Shown: piece by piece, positions 28,373-39,089 of the stretch
How the letters are laid out: each line of letters starts with the position of its first letter
Position numbering within the stretch: position 1 is the first letter of the stretch
NCBI RefSeq assembly: GCF_037719425.1
Contig: NZ_JBBJNI010000003.1
Coordinates: forward strand, 563-64,562
Direction: 5' to 3'
Length of the DNA stretch: 64,000 bases
Source: Daejeonella sp.
Lineage (GTDB): Bacteria > Bacteroidota > Bacteroidia > Sphingobacteriales > Sphingobacteriaceae
The notes under the pieces: model-generated
The model's input: the letters and a program-made list of their open reading frames with translations, nothing else
The model's database searches: none
What the model was told of the DNA's origin: nothing
Position numbers and translations under genes: made by a program

Positions 28373-30076
28373 TTACCAGCCCGGATTTTGTACAAGGGCA
28401 GGAGCTTTAGCTAACTGTGATTGAGCAAAGGGGAAACGATACATTTTATCAGAAAATGTTCTGCCTTGAACTGTAAAATACGTATAAGTGAAAGGTGCTG
28501 TAGTCCCTGTTATTCTTACGCCTCTAACCGGTTTATTAAAGAATTGATCTCCCAGTTTCCAACGACGAACATCAAAAAATCGGTGCTCTTCAAAACAAAG
28601 TTCCACGCGACGCTCGTTATGAATTCTCAACCGCATGGCATCCCGTGTTGCAGGGACATAACCATTACCATTTATGTTAGTGCTCTGCAATGCGGCTAAA
28701 CCATCAGTCGGAGGGGTAGTCCCTCTCCGTCTTACATCATTAATGGCATTGTATACTTCAAACGATGGCGAGGCCATAGTTTCATTAAGTGCTTCTGCAT
28801 AATTTAACAAAATTTCAGCATATCTAAAATATACATATACTCTTCTTGTAGCAGCAGTATTAGTAGTATTAAGGAATTTACGTAGATAATAGCCTGTAGA
28901 AGTAGTTCTATCACCGGTAGCCTGTGAATTGTTATCTTTTGCTCCAACCCGGGTATCAATATTTACACTCCTGAAATTCAACCCATTATAATTTATAAAC
29001 AGATCGAATCTATCGTCTCGGCCTACATAAGGATTGGAAGCGTTGTATCCGGAACCAGCGGTATTTATGCTTTTTCCTGTTGCCTTCATCTCAAATGCAT
29101 CAACTAACTCCTGTGTAGGGTTAGTTCTACCATTACCATCAGTATAGCTCGGAGGAGCATTATTTACATCAATCGTTGTAGATGATTTGGTTTCAGCAGA
29201 AAATATTATTTCTTTATTAAATGCTTGGGTTCCAAAATTCCACAAATTCGCCAGCTGTGCTGTGGTAAGAAGCCCGTGTTTTGTTCCTGAGAGATCAATA
29301 ACTGCTTTGGCAGCATTTGCTGCTGCCTGCCATTTGGCTATATCATTACTAGGGTTATTAAGAGGACTTGCGAGATATAACAATGTCCGTGACTTAAGAG
29401 CTAAAGCGGCTGCCTTAGTTGCCCTTCCCTTTAAAGCTGTTCCGTGATCTACTGATGTTGCATAGCTAATATTAGAAGCAGCAAGGTCACAATCGGCAAT
29501 GATCTGTGCCGCTACCTCGTCAAATGTGTTTTTAGGAAGATCCAAATTCTCTTCAAGACCAAAAGGCTTGGTTGCAATGATAACTCCACCATAACGTTTC
29601 AGAAGTTCGAAATGAAACATTGCACGTAGAAAATAAGCCTCTCCTATCAATGTTTGTTTAGAAAGTGTTGCATCGTCAATAATTGCACTTGTGGGGGCAT
29701 TTTTTAAGAAAATATTAACACTTCGCAATGCACGGTATTGCTGAATGTAGACATCATCATAAAGCAATGTAGGACCCCAACTGCCATTATTAAACACATT
29801 GATTCCCGCGCCGGGCAATGCGCTCACTGCTTCATCGCTTCCGGTTGAGAGCCCAAATTCTCCATTTAATTCATACCTGTAATCGCCGTCCCGATTTTCT
29901 ACCAGCCCGCGATATACATTATTCAAAAAATTTCTGGTATGTTCATTTGATGCAAAGACCTGTTCTTCCGAAAGTGTGCCATCCACAGCATAATCATATT
30001 CCAAATAGTCCTTTTTACAAGCTGAAACCCCGATTATTAAAAGAGCTAAACACGTTTGAATTATATATTTATTCAT
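28373..30076 (-). CDS. SusD/RagB-family lipoprotein (second of tandem pair)
   Basis: Lipobox VSAC, GEAYFLRAMFHFELLKRYGGV, RYAEILLNYAEA, ERRVELCFEEHRFFDVRRW, QNPGW. Confidence 0.94.
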   Translation of the reverse strand: MNKYIIQTCLALLIIGVSACKKDYLEYDYAVDGTLSEEQVFASNEHTRNFLNNVYRGLVENRDGDYRYELNGEFGLSTGSDEAVSALPGAGINVFNNGSWGPTLLYDDVYIQQYRALRSVNIFLKNAPTSAIIDDATLSKQTLIGEAYFLRAMFHFELLKRYGGVIIATKPFGLEENLDLPKNTFDEVAAQIIADCDLAASNISYATSVDHGTALKGRATKAAALALKSRTLLYLASPLNNPSNDIAKWQAAANAAKAVIDLSGTKHGLLTTAQLANLWNFGTQAFNKEIIFSAETKSSTTIDVNNAPPSYTDGNGRTNPTQELVDAFEMKATGKSINTAGSGYNASNPYVGRDDRFDLFINYNGLNFRSVNIDTRVGAKDNNSQATGDRTTSTGYYLRKFLNTTNTAATRRVYVYFRYAEILLNYAEALNETMASPSFEVYNAINDVRRRGTTPPTDGLAALQSTNINGNGYVPATRDAMRLRIHNERRVELCFEEHRFFDVRRWKLGDQFFNKPVRGVRITGTTAPFTYTYFTVQGRTFSDKMYRFPFAQSQLAKAPALVQNPGW

Positions 30077-30093
30077 AATTAATGCTTTAAGTA

Positions 30094-33000
30094 TTAGAAT
30101 TTGGCATTTATTCCTAAAGAATAAGTTTGCATGTATGGATAAGTTGAACCGCGACCTAAAAAAGGAAGTTCGGGATCAACATCCAGGTCTAATTTTGAAA
30201 ACGTTATCAGATTAAATCCGTTAAAATAAAATCTAAGATTTTGCATCTTAACTTTTGCCGCTAGAGATTGTGGTAGAGTCACTCCCAACTCAATGGTTTT
30301 TAGCTTTAGATAATCTGAATTACGAATCCAAAAATCGGAATTCGCCCGGTTATTACCCAAATTTGCTATCCCAACTCTTGGATAAATTGCAGTTGCTGCA
30401 GTAGCTGGTGTCCATCGATTTAAGCTTTCACGATTGAATGATGATGGCCCCGCATATACTATATTGCTAATATCTGTCTTCTGTCCCATCGAACCCTGAA
30501 ACTGTGCATTCAAATCAAATATTTTATATTTGACAATTGTTCCGAAACCGAGATAGGCGGGTGACCCAAAAGGGTATCTAACCCTGTCATTCGCATTAAT
30601 AATATTATCGTTATTCATATCCTTATAACGAATATCTCCTGGAAGTATCTGATTAGATAATGTAGATTTTGGTCCTGCAGAAATCTCTGCAGCATTTTGA
30701 TATAAGCCATCAGATAAATAATAAAGACCTGTACCTGCAGCAAATCCTATGGTCCTTTGGTAATTCGGAACACCAAGTTGACCGCCTTGATTGATGACCT
30801 CATCATCAGTTAGCAAAAAGTTCGCATTCAATGAAAATTTGAGATTACGGAAGTCTCTATTGTAGAACAATGAGCCTTCTATCCCTTTACTATTAACTAT
30901 CCCTTCATTCAAATCTCCGCTCGTCTGACCAATTATATCTGGTATTGATGAACTAGTTAAGATCCCTTCTCTTCTATTCCTAAAGACATCAACTGTTGCT
31001 GAAATGGTATTCCCAAAGAGGCTAAAATCTAAACCAAGATTGGTCGTTGTTAGCGTTTCCCAGGTAATAAAAGGGTTACCTATATTTAGTTCATTTGCCG
31101 AACCTGTAAGTGAGAAACCGGTTCCCAACTGATATCCGCTAGCATTAGAACCAAGATTACGGGTGTATCGGCTTTCATATGGAAATCTTCTAAGGCCATC
31201 ACCAAACCCAATCTCAGTGTTCCCGGTTTGACCATAAGAACCTCTAATCTTTAAAAAACTAACCAGCTTACTGTTGATTAAAAGATTTTCATCAGAGACA
31301 ATCCATCCCGCAGAAATAGCTGGAAAAAATCCATATCTTTTGCCCTTAGGAAGGTCATCATCACCGGAATAGCCCCCGACCAGACTTAACAGATACTTCT
31401 GTTTGAAGCTATACTCAATACGTGAAGAAATTCCCTGTAATCGTTGAGAAAAATCAGAAAAGCTGCTGAAGTCAATAACTTCTGATCTCATTCCCCGTAC
31501 ACTTGCATTCACTTTATGGTCATTGATTGACCGGTCATAATCAAATCCAGCCCAAATTTCACTAGATCTGAAAGCATTTGAGTAAGCTGCATTTCTGTAA
31601 TCTATACGTGCTTCTGTTCTGTAGGGAATAGGATTTCCACTACCCGAAGCATCAAAAACTCTGTAATTCTGACTGAAGCCAGAAGAATAGTCACCCCTTG
31701 TATCATAGGAGAATAAAACATTGGCAGATAATCCTTTGGCCAGCATATCCAGTTTATGAGTTGCATTAACATTTGCAAATCCCACCCTTTGCTTGGCGCG
31801 AATTACACCGTTTGATGTAATTGCCCCCAAAATATTATTTTGATCCTCCGTTGTTCCCCCAAAACTCCCATTAGCGTTTAAAATGGGATAAGCATTCGGT
31901 CTGGTATTATTTATTAATCCCATTAAAGCAGGAGTTCCAAATGCTGGATTTATGCGATTTTCAACCCTGCCGGCTAAATTTACGGAAACTGCAAATTTAG
32001 CATTTACATTAAAGTCAATATTCCCTCTAAAATTAAAACGCTTGTAGGCATTATTACTGTTATAGTCGGGGCCTTCTGCTTTATTAAATAGCCCTTCCTG
32101 CTCCAGGTAGCCCAGTAAAGCGAAATATCGAACATTATTATCTCCACCCTGTGCAGAAGCCACATATCGCTGAAAAGGTGCTGTGCTTTTAATAAACTCA
32201 TTCTGATAATTGTTGTCAGGGTATTGTAAGGGATTAGAACCATCCTTATAAGCATTTAATGCAGTCTGCGTGTAACGTGGAACGGCAGTGGGGTTATCAT
32301 TTAATAATGCTTCGTTATATAATGTAGCATATTCGAAAGAATTTAGCGGGTGCAGCATATGATCCGGATTTTGCAAGCCGTATTGTGCATTAAAGTTTAT
32401 AGACGACTGAGTGGCGTTTCCCTTTTTGGTTGTCACCAGGATTATGCCCTGCGAACCTCTCAAACCATACCAGCTCAACGTCGCCGGATCCTTCAATACG
32501 CTAAAGCTTTCAACTTCCTCAAAGTCAAGATCTGATAATTCACGTTCAATGCCATCAACCAACACTCTTGTATTCACAAAATTGAAAGAGTTTCTTCCTC
32601 TTAAACGATAATCACTGAAATCGCTCCCAGGTTGGGTACCTGCCTGTAAAACATTCAGTCCGGGTAATCTTCCGGAGAGTACGTTTGCTAAGGAACTGGT
32701 TGAAGGCTGCGGCAGATCAAATGTCTTTATAGAAGAAACTGCCCCTGTGAGATATCTTTTTTGCCGTATTGCAAATGGTATTTCCACGTAGTCATCATCA
32801 CCAGCCAGAATTTTAGCTTTTTCTAAAATTAATTCAATGCTTTCGTTGAAATTTAAATCAAAGGTTTTTGTTAAGAATCCTGTCTTTTTAAAAACCAGAA
32901 CATTATTACTGGCTGTCGTTATAGAAAATTTCCCTGAAGCATCCGTAACGGTTTTTGTGTTAATCTCCTGAATAGTAACCGTTACTCCTTCAATACCGGT

Positions 33001-33231
33001 ATTATTTGCATCCTTTACCAAACCGTTATAAATAATCTCAGAGGCTCCATTTCTTTGTGCATACGAAGACATATTTATTACGATCAAAATGAATAGACAT
33101 ATCCATTTTATTTTTTTATATAAATTTTCCATGAACATTATTTGTTTGTTAGGCATGAAACTGCCTGCAGAATGCATATCGATCCCTTGAACAGGATTAT
33201 TCATCCTTGTATAAACATTAGAAGTTTTCAT
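30094..33231 (-). CDS. SusC/RagA TonB-dependent transporter (second of tandem pair); start uncertain
   Basis: LVDGIER, variant plug motif LKDPATLSWYGLRGSQGIILVTTK, ITWE, GDIRYKD, YPYMQTYSLGINAKF. Confidence 0.93.
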   Translation of the reverse strand: MKTSNVYTRMNNPVQGIDMHSAGSFMPNKQIMFMENLYKKIKWICLFILIVINMSSYAQRNGASEIIYNGLVKDANNTGIEGVTVTIQEINTKTVTDASGKFSITTASNNVLVFKKTGFLTKTFDLNFNESIELILEKAKILAGDDDYVEIPFAIRQKRYLTGAVSSIKTFDLPQPSTSSLANVLSGRLPGLNVLQAGTQPGSDFSDYRLRGRNSFNFVNTRVLVDGIERELSDLDFEEVESFSVLKDPATLSWYGLRGSQGIILVTTKKGNATQSSINFNAQYGLQNPDHMLHPLNSFEYATLYNEALLNDNPTAVPRYTQTALNAYKDGSNPLQYPDNNYQNEFIKSTAPFQRYVASAQGGDNNVRYFALLGYLEQEGLFNKAEGPDYNSNNAYKRFNFRGNIDFNVNAKFAVSVNLAGRVENRINPAFGTPALMGLINNTRPNAYPILNANGSFGGTTEDQNNILGAITSNGVIRAKQRVGFANVNATHKLDMLAKGLSANVLFSYDTRGDYSSGFSQNYRVFDASGSGNPIPYRTEARIDYRNAAYSNAFRSSEIWAGFDYDRSINDHKVNASVRGMRSEVIDFSSFSDFSQRLQGISSRIEYSFKQKYLLSLVGGYSGDDDLPKGKRYGFFPAISAGWIVSDENLLINSKLVSFLKIRGSYGQTGNTEIGFGDGLRRFPYESRYTRNLGSNASGYQLGTGFSLTGSANELNIGNPFITWETLTTTNLGLDFSLFGNTISATVDVFRNRREGILTSSSIPDIIGQTSGDLNEGIVNSKGIEGSLFYNRDFRNLKFSLNANFLLTDDEVINQGGQLGVPNYQRTIGFAAGTGLYYLSDGLYQNAAEISAGPKSTLSNQILPGDIRYKDMNNDNIINANDRVRYPFGSPAYLGFGTIVKYKIFDLNAQFQGSMGQKTDISNIVYAGPSSFNRESLNRWTPATAATAIYPRVGIANLGNNRANSDFWIRNSDYLKLKTIELGVTLPQSLAAKVKMQNLRFYFNGFNLITFSKLDLDVDPELPFLGRGSTYPYMQTYSLGINAKF

Positions 33232-33265
33232 AATGGCTCTTATCTTATCTGTTATTTTAGCTTAA

Positions 33266-35104
33266 CTAATTAGGCCACCCAGGATTTTGTAACAGATTAT
33301 TTCCTTTTGCTATTTCATTTAAGGGAATAGGATACAAATGCATGAAGTCATCAAACCTCCGCTGATAGTCATTAGACATAACTGTTGGAGCATAAAAAAA
33401 AGTTGTACCTAGTTTCCTGACATCCATACGTTTTATTGGCTGACCAACAATTTCACGGCCTTTTTTCCAGCGTAAAATATCAAACCATCTTACATTTTCA
33501 AAAGCCAGTTCAACGGCACGCTCATTGCGTATCAGATCACGCATATTATCTTTAGAAAGAGCAATACCACGCGCAGAAAATGTTTGGGCAACTGTTGGCA
33601 TATTGACAGTTGGTCTTTGTCGAATCTGATTAACGGCAACCGCTACACCTGCCACCGGACCCTGAGCTTCATTCAACGCTTCTGCATAATTAAGTAGAAT
33701 CTCACCATACCGGTAATAAACAAAGTTCAGAAGGGCTGTCGAAGTTGTATTCCCTTTTAAAGCTTCAGGCCACAATTTACGGCAATAATAGCTTGTCGCC
33801 GTACCGGTACCTACAGTACCTGAAACATCTTTTCCATATGTAATTCCATTTGCTATAGGGGTGTACCATGTTTCCATTTTTAAAGGAGCTTGCCAGGTCT
33901 GATCATTATGAATCACATTGAACTCCAACCTGGGATCTCTATTGTTATATGGAGATGCTAATGTATAACCTGATCCGGTATCGGCAATACGGTACCCTTG
34001 TTTAGTCTCGTAAAGATCCACATGGTTTTGAGTAGGATTTAATGAACCACTCTTTTCAAGATACCCATTTGTACTTGGGGAAATTAGGTAATCTCGAAAG
34101 AAACCAGATACATTTGATATCCGCGGACCCCTGATGTAAGCGAGAATATATTCATGCGAAATAGGGTCTGTTAATATTTTTGAATAATCTGAGTGTAAAT
34201 TATACCTTCCCATATCAATAACCAATTTAGCAGCATCAGCCGCCTTCTGCCATTTGCTGGCATCTCCTGAGGGGTTCCATAACGGGCTGGCAGCTAATAA
34301 TAATGCTCTTGAACGCAACGCCCTCACCGCACCCAGATCCGGTCGTCCATTATTATTTGACACATCGCTTCCGGGAATAGTCATAGAATAATTTGGGTTC
34401 CATCCCATTTGGGGGGTGTACACTAAGGCTGGACTTGCTCCTGTATTGTCAAGAAATGTAGTATTGCTAAATATTAGCTCTGCTTCGTTAATGTCCTTTT
34501 CAATAAAAGCAAGTGTTGCTTCGAAGGTGCTGCGTGGAATATCTAAATTATCAGTCAATTGTAAAGGTTTGTCCATAATAATTGCACCTCCCCAGCGTCT
34601 TGCAAGTTCGAAATAAAAATAGGCTCTGAAGTATAACTGCTGGGCTTTCACTAACTCTCCATTTAAAGATGGTTCGTTTTTCCATGGGATACTAGAATAT
34701 TGTTCAAGGAAAACATTAACATTCCGAATACCCTGATAAAACCTAACATAAGGGGGTAATGCTCTGCTTCCAGATATTATGGAGGTAAATTCAGTTGCAT
34801 GTGAACCATTGGTCCAATCGCCGCTGTACACGGCTTTGAAAACCTCATCTAAATTACCACTAACTGCCTCATCAGTAAATTCCGAAATAGTGCCCCTGTG
34901 TGGTTGTCCTACAGAACCTAATCCATAATAATCAATAATTGTAAAAGCAAACGAACGATCAGCAAACTGAGCAGCAAGCTTAGCATCTTCAAATACATCT
35001 TTTTTTGCAGTTACAACACCAGTGTCTCGTTTAAGGAAATCTTTTTTGCATGATGACATCGTTAACAATGCTGCAATTACCAAGACTATATAGTTGATTT
35101 TCAT
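33266..35104 (-). CDS. SusD/RagB-family lipoprotein (first of tandem pair)
   Basis: Lipobox MSSC, RAYFYFELARRWGG, RDPRL, RYGEILLNYAEA, ERAVELAFE, QNPGW. Confidence 0.94.
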   Translation of the reverse strand: MKINYIVLVIAALLTMSSCKKDFLKRDTGVVTAKKDVFEDAKLAAQFADRSFAFTIIDYYGLGSVGQPHRGTISEFTDEAVSGNLDEVFKAVYSGDWTNGSHATEFTSIISGSRALPPYVRFYQGIRNVNVFLEQYSSIPWKNEPSLNGELVKAQQLYFRAYFYFELARRWGGAIIMDKPLQLTDNLDIPRSTFEATLAFIEKDINEAELIFSNTTFLDNTGASPALVYTPQMGWNPNYSMTIPGSDVSNNNGRPDLGAVRALRSRALLLAASPLWNPSGDASKWQKAADAAKLVIDMGRYNLHSDYSKILTDPISHEYILAYIRGPRISNVSGFFRDYLISPSTNGYLEKSGSLNPTQNHVDLYETKQGYRIADTGSGYTLASPYNNRDPRLEFNVIHNDQTWQAPLKMETWYTPIANGITYGKDVSGTVGTGTATSYYCRKLWPEALKGNTTSTALLNFVYYRYGEILLNYAEALNEAQGPVAGVAVAVNQIRQRPTVNMPTVAQTFSARGIALSKDNMRDLIRNERAVELAFENVRWFDILRWKKGREIVGQPIKRMDVRKLGTTFFYAPTVMSNDYQRRFDDFMHLYPIPLNEIAKGNNLLQNPGWPN

Positions 35105-35113
35105 TGTCTTAGA

Positions 35114-38100
35114 TTAAAAAGTAATATTTAAATTCATTTGATATGTCCGAATATTAGGATATGTAACTCCTCTGTTTACATAAGTCCCCACACTTCGATC
35201 GTCACCATTTTCCGGATCAAGTCCCACAAAGTTTGTCCAGGTATATAGATTCTGGCCGGTTAGGGAAACAGTAGCATTTGACAGCTTTAATTTGGAAACA
35301 AATTTTGGAGGTATAACATATTGTAAAGAAATATTTCTTAGCTTAATAAAGCTGGCATCCTGCAGGTTAAAAGCATTTATAATACCGGTGTTCTCCCGTT
35401 GATTATCGGTTCTTCCAAAGAACTTATTTCCGCCTAGAGAACTTGGTCTTACTGCAGGATATTTAGCATCCGGTGTTTGCGGAGTCCAGCGATCCAATTG
35501 ATGGGTATAATATTGGGGCACAATAAATATAGCATCAGTTTCAACTAAGTTAAATTCCGAACTTACCTTATCAACTGCCTGAAATAATGCACTTAAGGAA
35601 AATCCTTTAAAAGATATACTGGGCTCCAAACTGTATTGATCTATAGGCAGGTCAGAATGGCCTATTGCTGTATAGTCCTGATCATTGATCAATCCATCTC
35701 CATTAAGGTCCATAAGTTTAATATCTCCGGGTATAAATGGGAATCCTTCCATTTTGGCCCATGAATTAACTTCCGTTTGGTTTTGGAAAAAGCCGGGCGC
35801 CACAGCATAACCACGAAACTGTCCGATTGCAGCGCCGGATTTTCTTAGATTTCCTTTTTGATTAAGGGGTTCATCCAATATGATTCTCTTGTTTTTTATA
35901 TGACTAAATTGGAAATTCAACCCATAACCGAAGGATCCACTTCTATTATTCAATTTCAGCTCTGCTTCCAGACCACCATTGTAATTCTGACCATAATTAT
36001 ATGTGGGTACACCTTCTCCATAATGTGCAAAAGTAGAACCGGCCTTCGAAAGCAGAATGTTCTTTCGCTGTTCGTCGAATACATCGAAAATAACTTGAAT
36101 ACGGTTATTTAAAAAGTTAGCATCAAGACCTAAATTTCGCTTAAGGCCGGTTTCAAAAGTTGCAAAAGGATTACCAATGCGGCTGTGCTGATAAACAATA
36201 GCATTAGCTCCCGTGGGAAAAGCCGAAGTTGGGCCAAAAGCACCACCCGCAAACCTGCTAGGATTGCCGAGAAAAAAGTTTCCTAAAGGGCCCGGGCCTC
36301 CTGAACTATACTCATCCAGGTATAAAAACCTGGAGGATACATCAGCAAAACCGACCAAACCAATATTTCCGCGAATTTTAAGATAATCAAGACCAATAGA
36401 TTCACTTATCCCTTTCATGAAGTTTTCATTACTCAGCGTATACCCTAATCCTACAGTTGGAAAAAATCCATAACGGTAACCTTCATCAAAGTTTTCCGAT
36501 CCCTGGTAAGAACCATTGAATTCTGCATAATATTTATCATTAAAATTATATGCTGTTCGAAAAACTATTCCCTGAAAAGCACGTGGTGCAGCAATCCCGG
36601 CAAGGGATCTTATCTGTCGGGTACCTACTAAAGCTCCCGAAATTTTATGACCACTAAACGCTCTGTTGTAGTTCGCCTGAAGCTGAAGATTCGTTTTAAG
36701 AAATCCATCGCCCACCCCTGCACGTGCAGTCAGCGGATCTTCTATTCTAATAGTCGCAGGAGCAGCAAATGCCGGTTCAATTTGACCGGTAACTCTATTT
36801 ACCGTATACACAGCTCCTGCTCCAGATTGATTCCGGTAAAATTCAGAACTCTGGTCATATGAAAATGTACCGGTTAAATCTAATCCTTTGGTGATAAAGT
36901 CAAGTTTTTGATTAATCATAAAGGTACTTTCCAGAATATTTTTCTCTCCGGTAGTAAAACCGGCTCTTTTCAGATTAAGATAAGGATTTTCCTGATAGGC
37001 TAAGGCCCCTCCAAAACCAACACCAATAATCTGGTTATATGTGTCATCCATCGCTATTTGCTGTGGAGTACTCCTTGCTGTGGCAGCACGGTTAAAAGGC
37101 ATTGACCATGATGGGGCGATATACATCCATTTAAATGCAGCTTCAGCACCGCTAAGAAAATTAGCTACAGCTGCTGTCTGGGTATATTTTATGGCACGTA
37201 CCGTATATTCATTTTCAATTCTTCCTCCAATATTTAAACTTAACAGTGTTGTAGGAGTCAGTTTATAATCCAGGTTAGACCTGAAATTTGTTCTTTTTGC
37301 TTCGGGCGAAGTTTTATAGCCTAAGGGAGTATCGAAATGCTTAAACATTCCATCTTCATACATATACCCTACTGATACAAAATATCCAACTTTCTTATTA
37401 CCCCCTCTAAGGCTAATATTTTGCTGGTGTCTTGACCAGACATCCTGCGTTAACTCATCAAACCAGTCCACATCCGGATAAAGAAGAGGATCTCCTGTTC
37501 CAGTCCTAAAGGTTTCTATATCCTTAGCCGTAAAAAACTTTTGATATGTATTGACATCTAAAAGCCCGGCTGCAAGCAAATTATTCTCCGCCTCATTGTG
37601 TAAGACAGCAGCCTCATAGGAACGTAACGGTTTTGGTCGTTGTCCAAACGTATTTAAACCTACCTGACTACTAAAAGTAACTTTCGTTGGTCCTTCAGCA
37701 CCTCGCTTAGTTGTAATAACAATTACACCATTAGCACCCTTAAGTCCGAAAAGCGCTGTAGATGCAGCATCTTTTAACGTACTGATAGACTCAATATCGT
37801 TAGGATCAATATCCCCGAATGTTTCCCTTTCTACCCCATCAACTATTATTAATGCTGCAGAATTTGACGATGCTCGGCCTCTAATAAAAATTTCAGAAGC
37901 ACTTGCACCCGGACGGCCCTGTAGCTGCCTGGTCATTACCCCAGCCATTCGTCCCGTTAATGCATTTGTAATATTACCTACCGGAGCTTTAACAATATCT
38001 GTAGCAGTAATTGTACTTACGGCAGCAACCGATGCAGCTTTAGTTTGTGTACCGAAGCCCACAACGACAACTTCATTTAAATCATTGAATTTCTCAAGTA

Positions 38101-38401
38101 GAGTTACATTGATCTGTGAATTGTTATTAACCTGACGCTCTAACGTGGTAAATCCAATGTAAGAAAAAACTAACACAGAACGCTGGTCAATTATTGGAAT
38201 GGAATACTTACCATTCAAGCCTGTTACTCGTACTGTAGTTGTTCCCTGCACACTTACGTTTACTCCAGGCAGAGTTACTCCCTTATTATCCGTAACAATT
38301 CCGGTTACCACAGAGTTCTGCGCGTGCAGATTTGTTACTACAAAGCACAAGACCAGCAGAATTCCTTTTTCAATAAACTGCTTAAGTATAATTTTCATCA
38401 T
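35114..38401 (-). CDS. SusC/RagA TonB-dependent transporter (first of tandem pair)
   Basis: EVVVVGFG, IVDGVER, LKDAASTALFGLKGANGVIVITTK, YPDVDW, YPNIRTYQMNLNITF. Confidence 0.95.
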   Translation of the reverse strand: MMKIILKQFIEKGILLVLCFVVTNLHAQNSVVTGIVTDNKGVTLPGVNVSVQGTTTVRVTGLNGKYSIPIIDQRSVLVFSYIGFTTLERQVNNNSQINVTLLEKFNDLNEVVVVGFGTQTKAASVAAVSTITATDIVKAPVGNITNALTGRMAGVMTRQLQGRPGASASEIFIRGRASSNSAALIIVDGVERETFGDIDPNDIESISTLKDAASTALFGLKGANGVIVITTKRGAEGPTKVTFSSQVGLNTFGQRPKPLRSYEAAVLHNEAENNLLAAGLLDVNTYQKFFTAKDIETFRTGTGDPLLYPDVDWFDELTQDVWSRHQQNISLRGGNKKVGYFVSVGYMYEDGMFKHFDTPLGYKTSPEAKRTNFRSNLDYKLTPTTLLSLNIGGRIENEYTVRAIKYTQTAAVANFLSGAEAAFKWMYIAPSWSMPFNRAATARSTPQQIAMDDTYNQIIGVGFGGALAYQENPYLNLKRAGFTTGEKNILESTFMINQKLDFITKGLDLTGTFSYDQSSEFYRNQSGAGAVYTVNRVTGQIEPAFAAPATIRIEDPLTARAGVGDGFLKTNLQLQANYNRAFSGHKISGALVGTRQIRSLAGIAAPRAFQGIVFRTAYNFNDKYYAEFNGSYQGSENFDEGYRYGFFPTVGLGYTLSNENFMKGISESIGLDYLKIRGNIGLVGFADVSSRFLYLDEYSSGGPGPLGNFFLGNPSRFAGGAFGPTSAFPTGANAIVYQHSRIGNPFATFETGLKRNLGLDANFLNNRIQVIFDVFDEQRKNILLSKAGSTFAHYGEGVPTYNYGQNYNGGLEAELKLNNRSGSFGYGLNFQFSHIKNKRIILDEPLNQKGNLRKSGAAIGQFRGYAVAPGFFQNQTEVNSWAKMEGFPFIPGDIKLMDLNGDGLINDQDYTAIGHSDLPIDQYSLEPSISFKGFSLSALFQAVDKVSSEFNLVETDAIFIVPQYYTHQLDRWTPQTPDAKYPAVRPSSLGGNKFFGRTDNQRENTGIINAFNLQDASFIKLRNISLQYVIPPKFVSKLKLSNATVSLTGQNLYTWTNFVGLDPENGDDRSVGTYVNRGVTYPNIRTYQMNLNITF

Positions 38402-38682
38402 AATTTGTTAATGAATAGGATTAATAAAAGATAATTAATATGTGGTTTTACTGATAATTCTTACCAAGCATTCCTTGACAGATCTGAACATTAGTACTTT
38501 GTCCCTTGGTTAAAATTTGTTGATTCACTACCTGTTTCTTATAAATTCTCTGTTAACCATTGTTAGAATTTATTAGCAGTTTTTGATAGTTGGGCACTAC
38601 AGTTTTATGAATTTTCCGGAAATAATTATCCTAAAGTAGTTATTAAAAATATCGTTAGTAGGAAAATGAGGATAGAAAAGAG

Positions 38683-38696
38683 CGAGAACGTTATCG
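38683..38696. promoter_or_regulatory. LacI-type operator (CGAGAACGTTATCG)
   Basis: Identical to 16792-16805 including the AAAAGAG flank; in the divergent susC/lacI intergenic region. Confidence 0.8.
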
Positions 38697-38801
38697 AAAG
38701 TCAGATTTGATATTTTGAGGATTGCAGCAATAACCAACTGTATTGGATACGAAGTTTCTAAACGATCATTGCATTCTGAATGAGACCTGTTGGGAAGTTT
38801 A

Positions 38802-38827
38802 TGCAAATGTTGCCGATAACGATTGCA
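38802..38827. promoter_or_regulatory. Tandem LacI-type operator (TGCAAATGTTGCCG + CGATAACGATTGCA)
   Basis: Two sites overlapping by CG between the divergent susC and lacI genes. Confidence 0.8.
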
Positions 38828-38899
38828 CAGATAAATAACTCTTACCAGAAGGAATAAAGGTATACTTGCAATTGACAAATAGACTCTGAATAACAGGAG

Positions 38900-38907
38900 T
38901 ATATTTG
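38900..38907 (+). promoter_or_regulatory. Candidate -7 element TATATTTG for the lacI-family gene
   Basis: Exact TAnnTTTG match ~180 bp upstream of ATG 39090. Confidence 0.4.
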
Positions 38908-39089
38908 GGCAATAAAGTTAATTTAAACTTAAGCGAAACGGTGTATAGCTTAATACAAAGCTGGTAAATTATCGAATTCTGAACAAAAATCGATAATGTT
39001 TATTATAAGAATTGGACTAAGACAGCACTGTTATATTTTTACTTATACTATTGTTGTAAAAAGCACTCCAAATTTAATCTAATTGAAAT

